From the NCBI GenBank assembly GCA_051599415.1, contig AP039691.1, forward strand, positions 248,001 through 312,000: a stretch of DNA of 64,000 nt, written 5' to 3'. Source of the stretch: Savitreella phatthalungensis. Taxonomy: Eukaryota. Of the stretch, positions 1 to 11,266 are shown piece after piece. The notes under the pieces were generated by a model, which had not been told where the DNA came from, searched no databases, and saw only the letters and a program-made list of their open reading frames with translations. Every line of letters begins with the position of its first letter. Positions within the stretch are counted from its first letter, which is position 1. The translations under genes were made by a program, and so were the position numbers.

Positions 1-170
1 ATGGGTGACTAAAAGTCACGTGTAAAGCAAGTCGTTAGTTCAATACTGCAACAGCCTCAGGTGTATGAAGGCAGAGTAATAGCCGCTAAGGAGGACGTAG
101 GATGAATGTACATATGCTTGCTAGCTTCATTATATCTGCTATGTCTTGCACTCGTGTGTAGTCTCATGCT

Positions 171-1496
171 TTACACGAAAGCCTCAAACATCTTTGATTT
201 CGTGAGGGTGGCTTTGCAGTCTGGTGCTGGACACTTGACGCCTCTTCTCGCAGCGGAAGCGAAGTGGGCTTTGAAGGTCGCTGCGCAGTGTCCGCAGAAG
301 ACGTGTGAGCATTTGGTGACGAAGATACGGCGCTTGTCGTCATCGCCCTCGCCTCCGAGCTCGCACATGCACACGGGACACACCAGGCTGTCGTCCGGAG
401 TGAATGATCTGGTGTATGGATCGGCCGCGGGAGTAGGTGGTACGTATTTCGAGACACCGTGTGAGAGTGGCTGGGAGTGATGGTGATGCTGAGCGCTGCC
501 AAATCCACCTACGCTTGAGCTGCTGTGGCTGCCGCTGCTCGAACTGCCACCATACCCATTCCACCAAGACGATCCTCCATTGCCACCACCGCCGCCACCG
601 CCACCACCGTAATAGTGGTGATGGTGGTGCTGCTGGCCGTTGCGATTAGCTGAACCGGGAGAGTTCCACGACATGAAGCTCAGTTGAGCGTCAGTCAGAC
701 CTGCAAACATATCCTGCAGACCTGTGTTGTAGTCGAGTGCCGGAGGAATGAATGTCCGGGTCGGCCCACCACCAAATCTGCCTACCAGGAATGAGCCAAG
801 CCCGTTGGCGCTAGCTGCCAGCCTGCCACCACCGAGTGAGTAGCTCAGCATGTCCCGCCAGTTCGACCTTGTGGCAGGTTGATCTGCTCCTGTGTTCATG
901 GGGTCTCTGTTGCGCGAAGAAGACCCGGACGACGAGACAGTGTGGTTGGATCCAGCTGCGGTGGCCGCCGCTGCTGCTGCTGCCGCGGCTGCTGCGGCTG
1001 ACTGTGAGTTGAGTCGACGCGCTTGTTGCGCTGCGAGACGCTGTTGTTCTCGCCTGAAACGATAGTACGCTGATGCGACCTCATCGAATTCTCCGTCACC
1101 GGAACTATAGCTTGTAGAAGCAGCCGAGGTAGGCGCAACGTCCGGCACGCTATCGAGGTCAATGACCTGTGAGTCTGATGTGGCCCTTGTCTGAGTTGAA
1201 CTTCTGTTGCGCTGCCGTCCGAGGGACGGGATCGGGTCAGTATTGGTAGAAATGCTGCGCCTGTTTAAAGGCCGCATGACGTGGGCCGGCCCATTCCGTT
1301 GTGGGCGAGCTTCTGGACTGTTGCTAGATGTCAGATCAATCACTTCTTCGTTGGCTATCGGAACAGATGCAGTCTCGCTAGCATGCCGTTCTGCGCGAGT
1401 CAACCCTGTGACGAATGGATCTGGGAGGAAAAGCGGTCCAGACGCTGGTCCCACAGATGGCGGAGGAGACCTTGTCGTCGCGCGTGCTGGCATCAT
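171..1496 (-). CDS. RING-finger protein with SUMO-interacting motifs; SUMO-targeted ubiquitin ligase subunit (Slx5/Slx8/Rfp/RNF4-like)
   Basis: C-terminal C3HC4 RING CPVC..CSHVFCGHC..CPAPDC; two SIM-like motifs EEVIDLT and QVIDLDS in a disordered N-terminus. The ORF-track start at 1583 is GTG; the first ATG is at 1496. Confidence 0.75.
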   Translation of the reverse strand: MMPARATTRSPPPSVGPASGPLFLPDPFVTGLTRAERHASETASVPIANEEVIDLTSSNSPEARPQRNGPAHVMRPLNRRSISTNTDPIPSLGRQRNRSSTQTRATSDSQVIDLDSVPDVAPTSAASTSYSSGDGEFDEVASAYYRFRREQQRLAAQQARRLNSQSAAAAAAAAAAAATAAGSNHTVSSSGSSSRNRDPMNTGADQPATRSNWRDMLSYSLGGGRLAASANGLGSFLVGRFGGGPTRTFIPPALDYNTGLQDMFAGLTDAQLSFMSWNSPGSANRNGQQHHHHHYYGGGGGGGGGNGGSSWWNGYGGSSSSGSHSSSSVGGFGSAQHHHHSQPLSHGVSKYVPPTPAADPYTRSFTPDDSLVCPVCMCELGGEGDDDKRRIFVTKCSHVFCGHCAATFKAHFASAARRGVKCPAPDCKATLTKSKMFEAFV

Positions 1497-2077
1497 GAAG
1501 GTGACATCCGTTGTTGGCGATGACGCTTGCTTTGAAGTGCTGGAAGGGGATGAGAGAGTGCTAAAAGGGATGTGTTGATGCACGGTTGCTGATTCAGATG
1601 TGTGCGTACGTATGTTGAATCACACTCGTACTTGCGTGCATTCAGCCATTCACTCATTCATTCCTTCGATCATCCTTTTGCTAATCCATTCAATTGAGAT
1701 TTCGGACAGCTTTGTAAACTCTGTAGGGGTTGATCTAAATTACACTTAAGTCTTAATTTAGAATTCTAGGGTCAAATGCGTCTGCGTCATGTGGCGACAG
1801 AACATAGAAGCATTTGAGGCACGCATGCACCTTGCACGCACCTGCTGGCAGCTGACTCCACGGTGACGGATTGGTTCGGTCACACGGCAGGCGATGGGCC
1901 TGCACGAGATGCTGCACTAGAATTGGAAAAGAGGAATTGACCCTTGCCGCCTGTGCTATATATACTATACACAATTTTGCTTGAGCGCCGTGCCGACCGT
2001 AGGAAAGAAAGAGAAACTCCAGAAAGCTATATATATATGAAGAAGGAAAGAGATGAGTGGATTGAATGCATGATGGA

Positions 2078-3952
2078 TCATCGACCTGCTGCACTTGTTG
2101 TTGCTCGTGTAGCACGGCCACCCATCATGATGCCTTGTTGGTTGGCGCGGCTGACGTGATGATTACCAGCTTGGCCATTCAGTTGTTGCTGCGGGCCTTG
2201 GGAGTGAGGATGCTGCTGCTGCTGCTGCTGTTGTTGTTGCTGATGCTGCTGTTGTGAGTGCTGCTGCTGCATCGAGTGGCCTTGGGAGCCTCCACGCTGA
2301 AGAGACGGAATACGAAGCTCGAAATGACCACCGTTGCCCCCGGCAGCTGCGCCGAATGATTGCATCATGTACGGATTCGCTTGGCCGGCAGCTGCAACGC
2401 GTGCTGCACTTTGTTGCAGTTGAGCCTGATGCTGACGTGCAGCTTGGCTCTGCTGGTCGGCGATGGTGGTTGTTGGCGTCTGGGTAGCAGTATGACCTGA
2501 TCCGTTTCCGCCACGCGGGGCGTAGGCGAAGTGTGTATTTCCAGACTCGTTTGTGAACCGCATCTGGTCAAATTGATTTGTGTGCCCATTCATGCTGCTT
2601 GCGCTGCCGCGCGACCGGCCGGTCGACATTGTCCGCTGAATCATGCCGGCCGAGTCCGGTTCGCGACCTTCGTTTGATGGGTCTGGCGCGGTCGGATCTG
2701 CCAGTTGCGCCTCAGCCGCACGCGCTCCACGTCGCCGCTGTCTAGCTACCGATGCAGCTGCACTGCTTGCCGCACGTTGACTATCGATCCTTCTCGCCAA
2801 GTTGGCACCTGGCACAGGATATGGTGCTCCAGCTTCAGTCTGACGGCGACCCGTCGCCTGTCGCCCTTGTACAACGTCATTGGAGCCCGAGTTGTCACGG
2901 CGCAGCATGTCTAGCTGGCGATGAAGGTCGGCGGCATCTTGCCTTCTACGTTGATCTTCCCGCTGCCGGGCTTGATCGACCTTGTGACCCTGCTTTTGCA
3001 GGTCGACGACAAGGAATTGAAGTTTCCGGACTGCCTCATCCCGGATGGACTCCGGTAAGACGGCATAAGCAGTGAAGTACTGGGCCATTGTTTTCTCGAG
3101 TGTAGGCTTATCGGGTAGATCCGCACCTCTACGTGGCGTTGTGCCGGCCTGGTTTGCAACAGCTCTGGTACTGGAAGACGCTGTCGCCTGTGTTGTCGAT
3201 CGCTGAGGCGAATTTGTGGCAGATCCACCATTGTCGATATGGCCATCGAGAATTGCACGCTCGTTGTCATCCTCGATCATCGGCAGATCCGAGAAGTCGT
3301 CGACGTCACCAAGAGTCTGATCGTAGCGCTGCTGCTGCTGCTGCTGGTTCGCAACGCCGCTGCTCGAAACTCCGCTGTGCTGTTGTGAGCCTTGAGACTG
3401 TTGTGGTCGCTGACCATTCTGATCTTGCTGATCCTCGTTATCGATTTCCGTATTATCGCCAGGCCTCGAGTCTCGCTTCAGTCGAGCAGCTTCGTTGTAA
3501 ATGTCGCGAATTGTGACGTCGAGGTTGGAGATCTCAAGCTGGAGGCGAGCGAGCACATCACTGGGCTTGATGCCTGTCAGGAGCTCTGTCTTGACACGAT
3601 CGCGTTGTGCTAGCGGCAGGTCGCGCAGTTTGAGACCGGCGAAATCATCCGGCCCGTGATTGTGATCAGCACAGCGGACCTCGAGGTGCCATAGACCATC
3701 TTTGCGGTATCCCACGTAGACTGCCCACGGACAGTTTGTGCGTTCTGAGCGCGAGGATTGCTGCCGGCGACGCTGTCCGTCCGGCACCCGATGTGTCATC
3801 TCACGGCCCTTCTGACAGGCATAGTAAGCGCTTTTACCCTTGCTACTGCGCATGCGGATCGGCCTATAGCCTTGCTGCATGCCGACTGAGGTGATGTGCT
3901 CATGCGCCTGCTCAAACGTGTTGAACGACTGCTGAATCGGCGGTGCGAGCAT
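2078..3952 (-). CDS. FAR1/WRKY-GCM1-type zinc-finger protein derived from a Mutator (MULE) transposase N-terminus; probable transcription factor
   Basis: 624-aa ORF; N-terminal motif YYACQKG..RTNCPW..W..HNH (C-C-H-x-H) followed by the HTH-like segment GIKPSDVLARL..VTIRDIYN typical of MULE N-termini; no DDE domain seen; Q-rich C-terminus. Confidence 0.7.
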   Translation of the reverse strand: MLAPPIQQSFNTFEQAHEHITSVGMQQGYRPIRMRSSKGKSAYYACQKGREMTHRVPDGQRRRQQSSRSERTNCPWAVYVGYRKDGLWHLEVRCADHNHGPDDFAGLKLRDLPLAQRDRVKTELLTGIKPSDVLARLQLEISNLDVTIRDIYNEAARLKRDSRPGDNTEIDNEDQQDQNGQRPQQSQGSQQHSGVSSSGVANQQQQQQRYDQTLGDVDDFSDLPMIEDDNERAILDGHIDNGGSATNSPQRSTTQATASSSTRAVANQAGTTPRRGADLPDKPTLEKTMAQYFTAYAVLPESIRDEAVRKLQFLVVDLQKQGHKVDQARQREDQRRRQDAADLHRQLDMLRRDNSGSNDVVQGRQATGRRQTEAGAPYPVPGANLARRIDSQRAASSAAASVARQRRRGARAAEAQLADPTAPDPSNEGREPDSAGMIQRTMSTGRSRGSASSMNGHTNQFDQMRFTNESGNTHFAYAPRGGNGSGHTATQTPTTTIADQQSQAARQHQAQLQQSAARVAAAGQANPYMMQSFGAAAGGNGGHFELRIPSLQRGGSQGHSMQQQHSQQQHQQQQQQQQQQHPHSQGPQQQLNGQAGNHHVSRANQQGIMMGGRATRATTSAAGR

Positions 3953-4485
3953 CTCGTGGGTCTCCTATGGCTGTAGACGATTCTGAGGGATGATAGCTGG
4001 CGACTGATGATGTACTGCAATATGGATGAAGCCTGAAAAGCGACTGGAACTGGCTGTCAAGCTTGTCCGGAAGTCCAGATACTATCTAACGCGCTCTTCC
4101 TGGTTCTGTGGAGGCGCGCGTTTGACCAGGCGATGACGCGCCTTTTCTGGTGGCAAGCCAGAGATCCTGGCAGCACTGAACGCGAACAAGGCCCTGGAGG
4201 CGTTTAGACGCGTCGAGATCGATTTCGAAGTGATGTATGGGGCTCTGAACAAGTAGCCAACGAACTTTGGTGTAAACGCTTCAGTGTGCACGACTGAGTA
4301 TGTGGTAGTGTGAATACTGAGAGTGAAGTGAAAGAAGTCTAGCGGTTAGACTGATTGGGTTGATTGTGACGGTTAGTGTATTGAAGGTCTAGCTTGTGAG
4401 GCTATGAGTATGACTTTCTCCCTGTACAAGTACTTGCTCTTTCACCTTCCTATCTGGCTTGCGCTGCACTGGCGTGACCCTGAAC

Positions 4486-4543
4486 TGACCTGACCTGACC
4501 TGACCTGACCTGACCTGACCTGACCTGACCTGACCTGACCTGA
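4486..4543. repeat. Pentanucleotide microsatellite (TGACC)11
   Basis: Eleven perfect TGACC units at 4486-4540 plus a partial TGA. Confidence 0.97.
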
Positions 4544-6227
4544 TATAGTGACCGCAAATGCTCAGGCTTGGTCAGGTATCAGGAGTTCGATTTGGTTCTG
4601 AAGTTGAAGTTGAACTATAGGGTGTCGCGAGAAAGAAGCGGAGGTGCGATAACGAGCTCACCTGAGGTGCACATGATTTGAAATTTGATCGAAATTATAA
4701 TAATATGCAATTCGATTTGATCAACCGACCTTGACTTTCCAAAGATATATCCACTCGACCGTTGCTTTGAATTTCTATTATTTTCATCTAAATTAAATTC
4801 TGACTGCACGTAATAGTCCGGCCTGGTATGGAAGCAGACTCCAGGCTGGTGGAAATACTACAAAACCAATTAACCGTCATGCAGTGCATATACAGCAATA
4901 TAGTGTATTCGATCGATCATTCCTGAATTATCAATTTGATATGATGAGTATTAGTGGCCAGATATATAGATGCATAGAGTGTGCGTGGCTCCGAACGTGG
5001 GGATCTAAGCAGTACACGTGCGGCTAAATGAGAGAGACGTATAGATGCATGGGTTAGCAGCAGCTTGCCACAGAATACCTGACTCACACTGTATAAGGCA
5101 ATCGATGATGCGCACGCAGATCTGAGATCCTGCTGGCTATTGATCGTATGGCTGAGCTCACAGCCAATGTCAGCTTTATAGTGCATCTAAGTACGATCAT
5201 GCTCCACAAGTGCTTCAATTGTGAAGCATTGATGATGTTCCAATGCCCATGCTTGCTACCATCTGTTATGTCTGGTGAATAAGCCATAGCCTTCAGATCA
5301 GTCTATCACAGTCATCATGAACTATCACGGAGTCCTCATGCAGCATCATATCCATGTACTTTTCAGCAATTGATTGAGGCAGTCAAATGGAGCATGGACC
5401 TGAACATACTATCTAGTTGATTCCTGGACTTTAGTCCACGGCAACGATAGCACGGAACAATGTGATTTGTGGAGCGACTCTCTTTCCTCTGCACCGGTAC
5501 ACGCCTGAGTAGATAGCTCACAAGAAGGATTACAGGGTGAAATGGCAAGGCTAGGCGATGCGCCTTCCGCTCCCCTCGGATGATATTACTTTCCGAGGTG
5601 TGTGCTCTTTCACCTTTGTTCAGTTAAGCACAGATTTCAAATTACTCTTTCGAGGTCACTCTGATTACATTCGTCATCGTAATCTTCACATAAGTCATCA
5701 TGGTGGAAATTCGAGCAAGCTATTCCTACAGAGTCAAGTAACTCCTTTCTGTAGAAAGACAAATTCAACTGATTCCCAGTCATCCTCAAACGGCACATCA
5801 AAAGCCATCTCCGCAGCTTCACTACAACATAAAGACAGTCAAGAGATAACTCAAGAGTGACAATAACCAGGATACCTCAGCTCACATACCCGCTGCAGGC
5901 GAATGCTGAACCTCAGGTGTGCCTAAATTGAGATTCGTACTCGCTAACCACACCTCCGTCCAGCCGTTCAGAACCACTAGAAGGAGTTTTATCCTCAGTC
6001 AGACTATGTCACTTTGGCACAGACTGACTTTGAAGCCACTTCCTCCCGTCATCGAATTCCTCAACTGACTTGTGTGCCCTTCACGCTGCGCAAGAGGCCG
6101 CCAATTGTACAGACCGCTTCCATTTGTCCACAATTCTGGACGGGTGAAGTCTATACTTGCGCTCTCGGCTGAGCTTGCCATCTACTCCGAACTTCTCTCA
6201 CTTGCACTGCGACCACTACTGCTACCG

Positions 6228-6262
6228 CTACTGCTGCTGCTGCTACTGCTGCTGCTGCTGCT
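6228..6262. repeat. (CTG/CTA)n trinucleotide tract upstream of the WDR44-like gene
   Basis: ctactgctgctgctgctactgctgctgctgctgct read directly. Confidence 0.85.
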
Positions 6263-6759
6263 CCCATTGCTTCTGCCTCCATATGCTTACTTCGAGTTTT
6301 CGTCGTCATTTCTAATCACTCAGAACGGCTAGCCGCATGTTTTGTCTTCCATTCCGCACATGTCATACTCGGGATCTCTTTTCACGACCACCTCTGTTCT
6401 TTCGTGCAGCAACTTCATTGAGTAGCATTCACAGACTTGCGCAAGACACTGTGACGCTTCACTCTCTCAATTGATCCTTGCATCAGAAGCTTCGGTGAGG
6501 CAAAAGCATTCGATCAATCGCGACCTCTAACAACAGTCGTCTGCCATCTTCCTCCTCGAATCTGCACTGTGAAAATGCGCCATGCTTGACGAAATCCTCT
6601 AGCGTGTGCTCCGGAATCTACACTCCGAGTCTGGTTCACCGAGAGCTCAAACGCCAGTATTCTTACTCATTTCAATCTGAAGCTGTTTAAGATCCGGGCA
6701 TCGTGGAACGTCTCAGGTAGAGCCGTAATCTCGATCGATCCATCGGCTGCGCTCTCACT

Positions 6760-9585
6760 ATGGCAGATGTCGAGCAGCCGCTCGGCAGACCACTCCTGAG
6801 TGTTCGAACCGAGTCAAATACTGATGGCAGAAGTCCCACTTCAAACGTCGTCCAGAAGCTCAAAAGCGGTGCCAGTACGACAGGTGCAGGATCACCAAGT
6901 GCGCCCTCCACACCCGAACAGGATCGCAAGACCGACCCACTCGGAGCTCACATTCTGGCGAGAGCACAATCGTCTCACGTGGATCATGCAGACGCGCCTT
7001 ACTTCAAGCGCAACCTGAGTGAGATCTCTGGCTTTATAAAGGACACAGCAGCAAACATCAGGGATGAGATTGTAGCTCCCTCAGCGTCGGTGTCAACTCA
7101 GACAGATGCCAAAGATGTGACAGGCGCTGATGGCGCTTCTGCTTCTAAGCCGAATCACGAGGCCAAGCATGTCTCCTTCTTCGCGAAGTTGCGTGGCAAA
7201 ACTGCCGAACCAGAATATCGCGAGACTGAAGATGAAGTCCAGCGCCAGGAAGGTGTCCAAGCGGAAGCTTTCTGCGGAGGAGCACACCGACCGAAGTATA
7301 TTCGAGTAAGGTCGCAGGGCAAACACAAGCGCGATTTCAACAACCTTTTCCTCGCTCAGCAATTGTCCATGTGCCCATCGGCTTCTTCGAATACCGAGCA
7401 ATCATCGACAAATAGCAAAACCGCCGGCTCTCCAACACATGGACAGCGGACAGAGAATGCAACATGGGCACTAAAGTTCAGCAAAGACGGCAAGTATTTA
7501 GCAGCTGGCGGACAAGATGGCATCGTCCGAGTCTGGCGCGTGCTTTCGACACCGAATGATCGACGCGAGCAGCAGCAACAGGACACTTCTGGGCTCTACG
7601 CACCGATCGTGTCAAGCAGACCGTATCGCGTGTTTGAGGGACATTCGGCGGACATCCTCGACATCAGCTGGTCGACCCGCAACTTCCTCTTGACATCTTC
7701 CATGGACAAGACTGTGCGATTATGGCACGTTTCGCGTGACGAGTGCTTGTGCTGTTTTCAGCATCGCGACTTTGTCACCTCGATCGCTTTTCATCCGAAG
7801 GACGATCGATACTTTCTTTCTGGCTCTCTTGACTGCAAGCTTCGACTCTGGGACATCGTCGATAAGCAGGTCGCTTTCTGGAATGAGATCCCTGAGCTCA
7901 TCACTGCTGTGAACTTCAGCTCAGACGGTCGTCTAGCAATTGCAGGTACATTTACAGGTCTTTGTCTCTTCTACGAGACAGAGGGCCTACGGTATCATAC
8001 ACAGATCCTTGTTCGCAGTAGTCGGGGCCGCAATAGTAAGGGCAGCAAGATCACAGGCATCGAAGTTGCCAGTGGCTCAACCGATCTAGCGACAAGTGAG
8101 ACGAGGTTATTGATCACGAGTAATGACTCCAGGACAAGGTTATACACGATGCGTGATAAGGCGCTCGAGTCCAAGTTCAAGGGCAACACCAATCAGTCGA
8201 GTCAGATTCGAGCGAGCTTCAGCGACGGCTGTCGCTATGTCGTCTGCGGCAGCGAAGACCGGCAAGTATATATCTGGAACACCCGGGGTGGTCTCGGCGA
8301 TGGCAAGGACAAACGCGGCTACGAGCACTTCCATGCACTTGATGACGTGGTGACGGCAACATGTTTTGCCCCTAATGCCACTCGCGAGCTCCTCCTCGCG
8401 TCCAAAGACCCGATTTATGAGCGCGTTAACATTCCTAAGCAACCTCCGCAGGCCGGCAGCAACAGTTCAATATTAACTGGCCGATCTTCAGCCACCGAAG
8501 ACACATACCTCAACCCGGCTGACGGTAACATCGTCGTCTGTGCCGATGCACAAGGTTCCATCAAGATCTTCAGACAGGATTCAATTGCGTCTCTACTGCA
8601 CGCTGAACGGAGTGACACAATTGGCTCCCTGCTCAAGCGCAAGTCTACTGTAGCACGACCATCCTCCGTCGCCGATGGAGCTATCACTCGCACGGCATCC
8701 GATGCATCGATGCACCAACAGTACAAGGCTGGTCAATCGCTCACGCGGACCACGTCAAACACTTCGGCTAGACCTTCAACGAACGGCATTGTCGTGACAC
8801 CCAAAAGTACGCGCAGCAAGTCGACAAATCACAACAACCCGAACGGCTCTGCGAAGTCGGGAGCGAAGTTAAGCCCGACAGCCGAGCGGGCCGAGGAGCC
8901 AGAGGTAGGTCGCGGCTTGACATCAAGCAGATTGGCAGATCGGCGCCACAGTCATGCATCACAGGATCGAGCTACTCTACGGTCAGAGGAGTCTGGCGGC
9001 AGTGACGCGAAAGCACGACGAGCATCGCAAGTCTACCAGTACGACAATCTGCTGATTGACGAGCAAGGCGTATCAATGGCATTCTACGATCCAAAGTACC
9101 TCTCCCTTCACCACAACCGACCTCGTGCATTGAGTACCTCCACCTTCGGAGGATCCTCCTTCTTCCGCGAGTCAGGGACGTCTAGCCGCGATGGCGCAAA
9201 TTCGCCAATTGCCGTGCGCGCGTCATTCCTCACATCTGAGGACGGTCCAGGGATGGCAGCTGCCACGGCCGCTGCGGCTGCTGAAGCTACAGCATCGACC
9301 TCATTCGGCGGATTTGAGCGGGACGGCGTGTCGCGTTTCAGAAGTCTGGCAAAAGCTCAGCCGGTAGGCTGGGAGCGCACCACTTCATCCAATTCCATGC
9401 ACGTCCTCTCATCGTCATCTCCAACCGTCGTCCACCCACAGACACAGCCATCAGGCCAGCCGTCGAACGCCGACGATCAAGTTGTCTGCACCAATTGTCG
9501 AGCAATCCGCTTCAAAGCTAAATTAGTCCCAGCCACAGGCGCAATTCGCCTCGTCTGTGATGCATGTGGGCGATCACAAGGGTAG
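6760..9585 (+). CDS. WD40-repeat protein, WDR44/Rab11BP (yeast Dgr2/Laf1-like) family, with C-terminal CxxC..CxxC zinc ribbon
   Basis: 941-aa ORF with WALKFSKDGKYLAAGGQDG, GHSADILDISWS..LLTSSMDKTVRLW, HPKDDRYFLSGSLDCKLRLW, KITGIE and SNDSR motifs. Confidence 0.88.
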   Translation: MADVEQPLGRPLLSVRTESNTDGRSPTSNVVQKLKSGASTTGAGSPSAPSTPEQDRKTDPLGAHILARAQSSHVDHADAPYFKRNLSEISGFIKDTAANIRDEIVAPSASVSTQTDAKDVTGADGASASKPNHEAKHVSFFAKLRGKTAEPEYRETEDEVQRQEGVQAEAFCGGAHRPKYIRVRSQGKHKRDFNNLFLAQQLSMCPSASSNTEQSSTNSKTAGSPTHGQRTENATWALKFSKDGKYLAAGGQDGIVRVWRVLSTPNDRREQQQQDTSGLYAPIVSSRPYRVFEGHSADILDISWSTRNFLLTSSMDKTVRLWHVSRDECLCCFQHRDFVTSIAFHPKDDRYFLSGSLDCKLRLWDIVDKQVAFWNEIPELITAVNFSSDGRLAIAGTFTGLCLFYETEGLRYHTQILVRSSRGRNSKGSKITGIEVASGSTDLATSETRLLITSNDSRTRLYTMRDKALESKFKGNTNQSSQIRASFSDGCRYVVCGSEDRQVYIWNTRGGLGDGKDKRGYEHFHALDDVVTATCFAPNATRELLLASKDPIYERVNIPKQPPQAGSNSSILTGRSSATEDTYLNPADGNIVVCADAQGSIKIFRQDSIASLLHAERSDTIGSLLKRKSTVARPSSVADGAITRTASDASMHQQYKAGQSLTRTTSNTSARPSTNGIVVTPKSTRSKSTNHNNPNGSAKSGAKLSPTAERAEEPEVGRGLTSSRLADRRHSHASQDRATLRSEESGGSDAKARRASQVYQYDNLLIDEQGVSMAFYDPKYLSLHHNRPRALSTSTFGGSSFFRESGTSSRDGANSPIAVRASFLTSEDGPGMAAATAAAAAEATASTSFGGFERDGVSRFRSLAKAQPVGWERTTSSNSMHVLSSSSPTVVHPQTQPSGQPSNADDQVVCTNCRAIRFKAKLVPATGAIRLVCDACGRSQG

Positions 9586-9660
9586 TCTGGTGATTGCTGA
9601 TATGGTCTAAGTTGCAAGCACACCTAGAAATGTATGAGACACCGAACAATATACACAGAT

Positions 9661-10896
9661 TTAAACCTGTCCGGGCAACCACATATACACGTTCTGGTCG
9701 GCCGTAGCTAGCATTGCGTACCGCGGGTTGAACGCTAACACCGCACATGGATCCATACCCTGTTGTTGTGGCTGGTTTGTGGTGGTGGAGCCACCGCCGA
9801 AGGCGGATGTGGAGGATGGCGGTGGTCGTGGGATTGCACCTGCGCCAGCAGGTGGTCTGATGGTCCGGATTGGCTGGAGAGACTTGTCGCGGTTGAGGAG
9901 AGGAACTCCAGAGGTGTTGGAGACAGCACCACCGACATCCCAAATCGCAATCCCACCAGCATCACCACCAGTCCCAGCGACCACAAACCGGCCATCAGGC
10001 GTAAACGCAGCCTCGCCAGACCCATGTACGCCAGCACCTAACTTCGAGGAAGGCGTGCTGCCGCCAGGACCAGCTCCAGGCAGCTGGCGTCCAACGGCGC
10101 GGCCATCAATCAGGCGAGCGACGAGATCGCCAGTGAAGGCATCGAGGACGTAGTGTGGCTCGTGTGCAGTGGCGACAAGGATGAGCTTGCCGTCGTTCGA
10201 AATGTCGAGCTTGGACCAGTCTGGCATGCGTGGTGGGTAGGAGTAGCGGGAGAGGAAGACGTCATCTGTGAGGTGGAAGGTCGAAAAGGGTTTCCGGTCG
10301 AAGGAACGCACATCGTACAGGGACAGGTGGCCTGACGGCTGGGAGGCAACGCAGAAACACAGACCCGTAGGATCCCAAGCAACCAGACTCGCAGACGGAA
10401 TGTGCAGCAGCCCTTGCGCGTTCGGAGACTTCAAGTCCCACAACCGCACTGTGTCGTCACCGCCAGTCGAAAGAAGTGTGTCGTCCAAAGGTGAGATCTC
10501 TAGTCCAGTGACACGGCCGGTGTGTCCGCGAAAGTAACGCACATAGGAGTTGTCGTGTAGCGAGAGGTAGCGCAGCGTGTCGTTTTCCTTGGTCGATGCG
10601 TATACGACGTTCGTATGCCGGTGTGCGAATCGCGCTAGATGTGCACCGTACTTCTTCGAGAAACACGTCTTTGAGTGCTTGCCGTCCCGACAGTCGTACA
10701 CCTGAAGCGTGTCATCCGTAGAGCACGATATCAGCCATTCTCCAGTGTCGTCAAAGTCAAGACTCGTCACGTACGTCCCAGGAGTGCCCTTGTTGAATGC
10801 CTGTGCAGGCCGGAATTTCGACAGCAAGTTGCCGTCGAGCCGCAGACTCGATGAGCCAGACGTCGACGTCAATGTCGACGCCTCCCTTGTCGTCAT
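9661..10896 (-). CDS. SWD2: WD40 protein Swd2/WDR82 (COMPASS / CPF subunit)
   Basis: Diagnostic SKKYG..ARFAH, YASTKENDTLRYLSLHDNSYVRYFRGH and DDTVRLWDLKSPN motifs. Confidence 0.93.
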   Translation of the reverse strand: MTTREASTLTSTSGSSSLRLDGNLLSKFRPAQAFNKGTPGTYVTSLDFDDTGEWLISCSTDDTLQVYDCRDGKHSKTCFSKKYGAHLARFAHRHTNVVYASTKENDTLRYLSLHDNSYVRYFRGHTGRVTGLEISPLDDTLLSTGGDDTVRLWDLKSPNAQGLLHIPSASLVAWDPTGLCFCVASQPSGHLSLYDVRSFDRKPFSTFHLTDDVFLSRYSYPPRMPDWSKLDISNDGKLILVATAHEPHYVLDAFTGDLVARLIDGRAVGRQLPGAGPGGSTPSSKLGAGVHGSGEAAFTPDGRFVVAGTGGDAGGIAIWDVGGAVSNTSGVPLLNRDKSLQPIRTIRPPAGAGAIPRPPPSSTSAFGGGSTTTNQPQQQGMDPCAVLAFNPRYAMLATADQNVYMWLPGQV

Positions 10897-11266
10897 CTAC
10901 AAGCACAGTAGACTTGGTAGCTGTGTAGAAGAGTAGTGGGCGTGATTGAAGGGGTACAAGGTGGTATGTGTGTTGTAAATCTTGCTTGCTCGAGTATTGT
11001 GCATGTGCGCGTGATCCCATCATCCGCTGCTGTATTGCTGCATGTGGAGAATTGCCCGAGTCCACACAATCCACACTGTCACGCACATACTGTCCCTCCA
11101 CACGGTAGTCTTGGCGAACTGCCAAGTCATTCAAGTCACTCAAATACGCAAGCAGGCCTTTGCTGCCCTAGAGGAGGACTCCTGTACTCTCAGACGAGGC
11201 TAGAGTCTGGGCAGCTATATCTACGAGTCGCTTCTTGGCTTTTCTCGGCGTGCTAGAGCAAGGGAG

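Noticed and set aside
2078..4300. Active Mutator transposon
   Set aside because: No DDE domain, TIRs or target-site duplication were visible.
4486..4543. Repeat as a telomeric or CRISPR array
   Set aside because: Internal short pentamer with no spacers and no match to a telomere motif I recognise; eukaryotic context with no cas genes.
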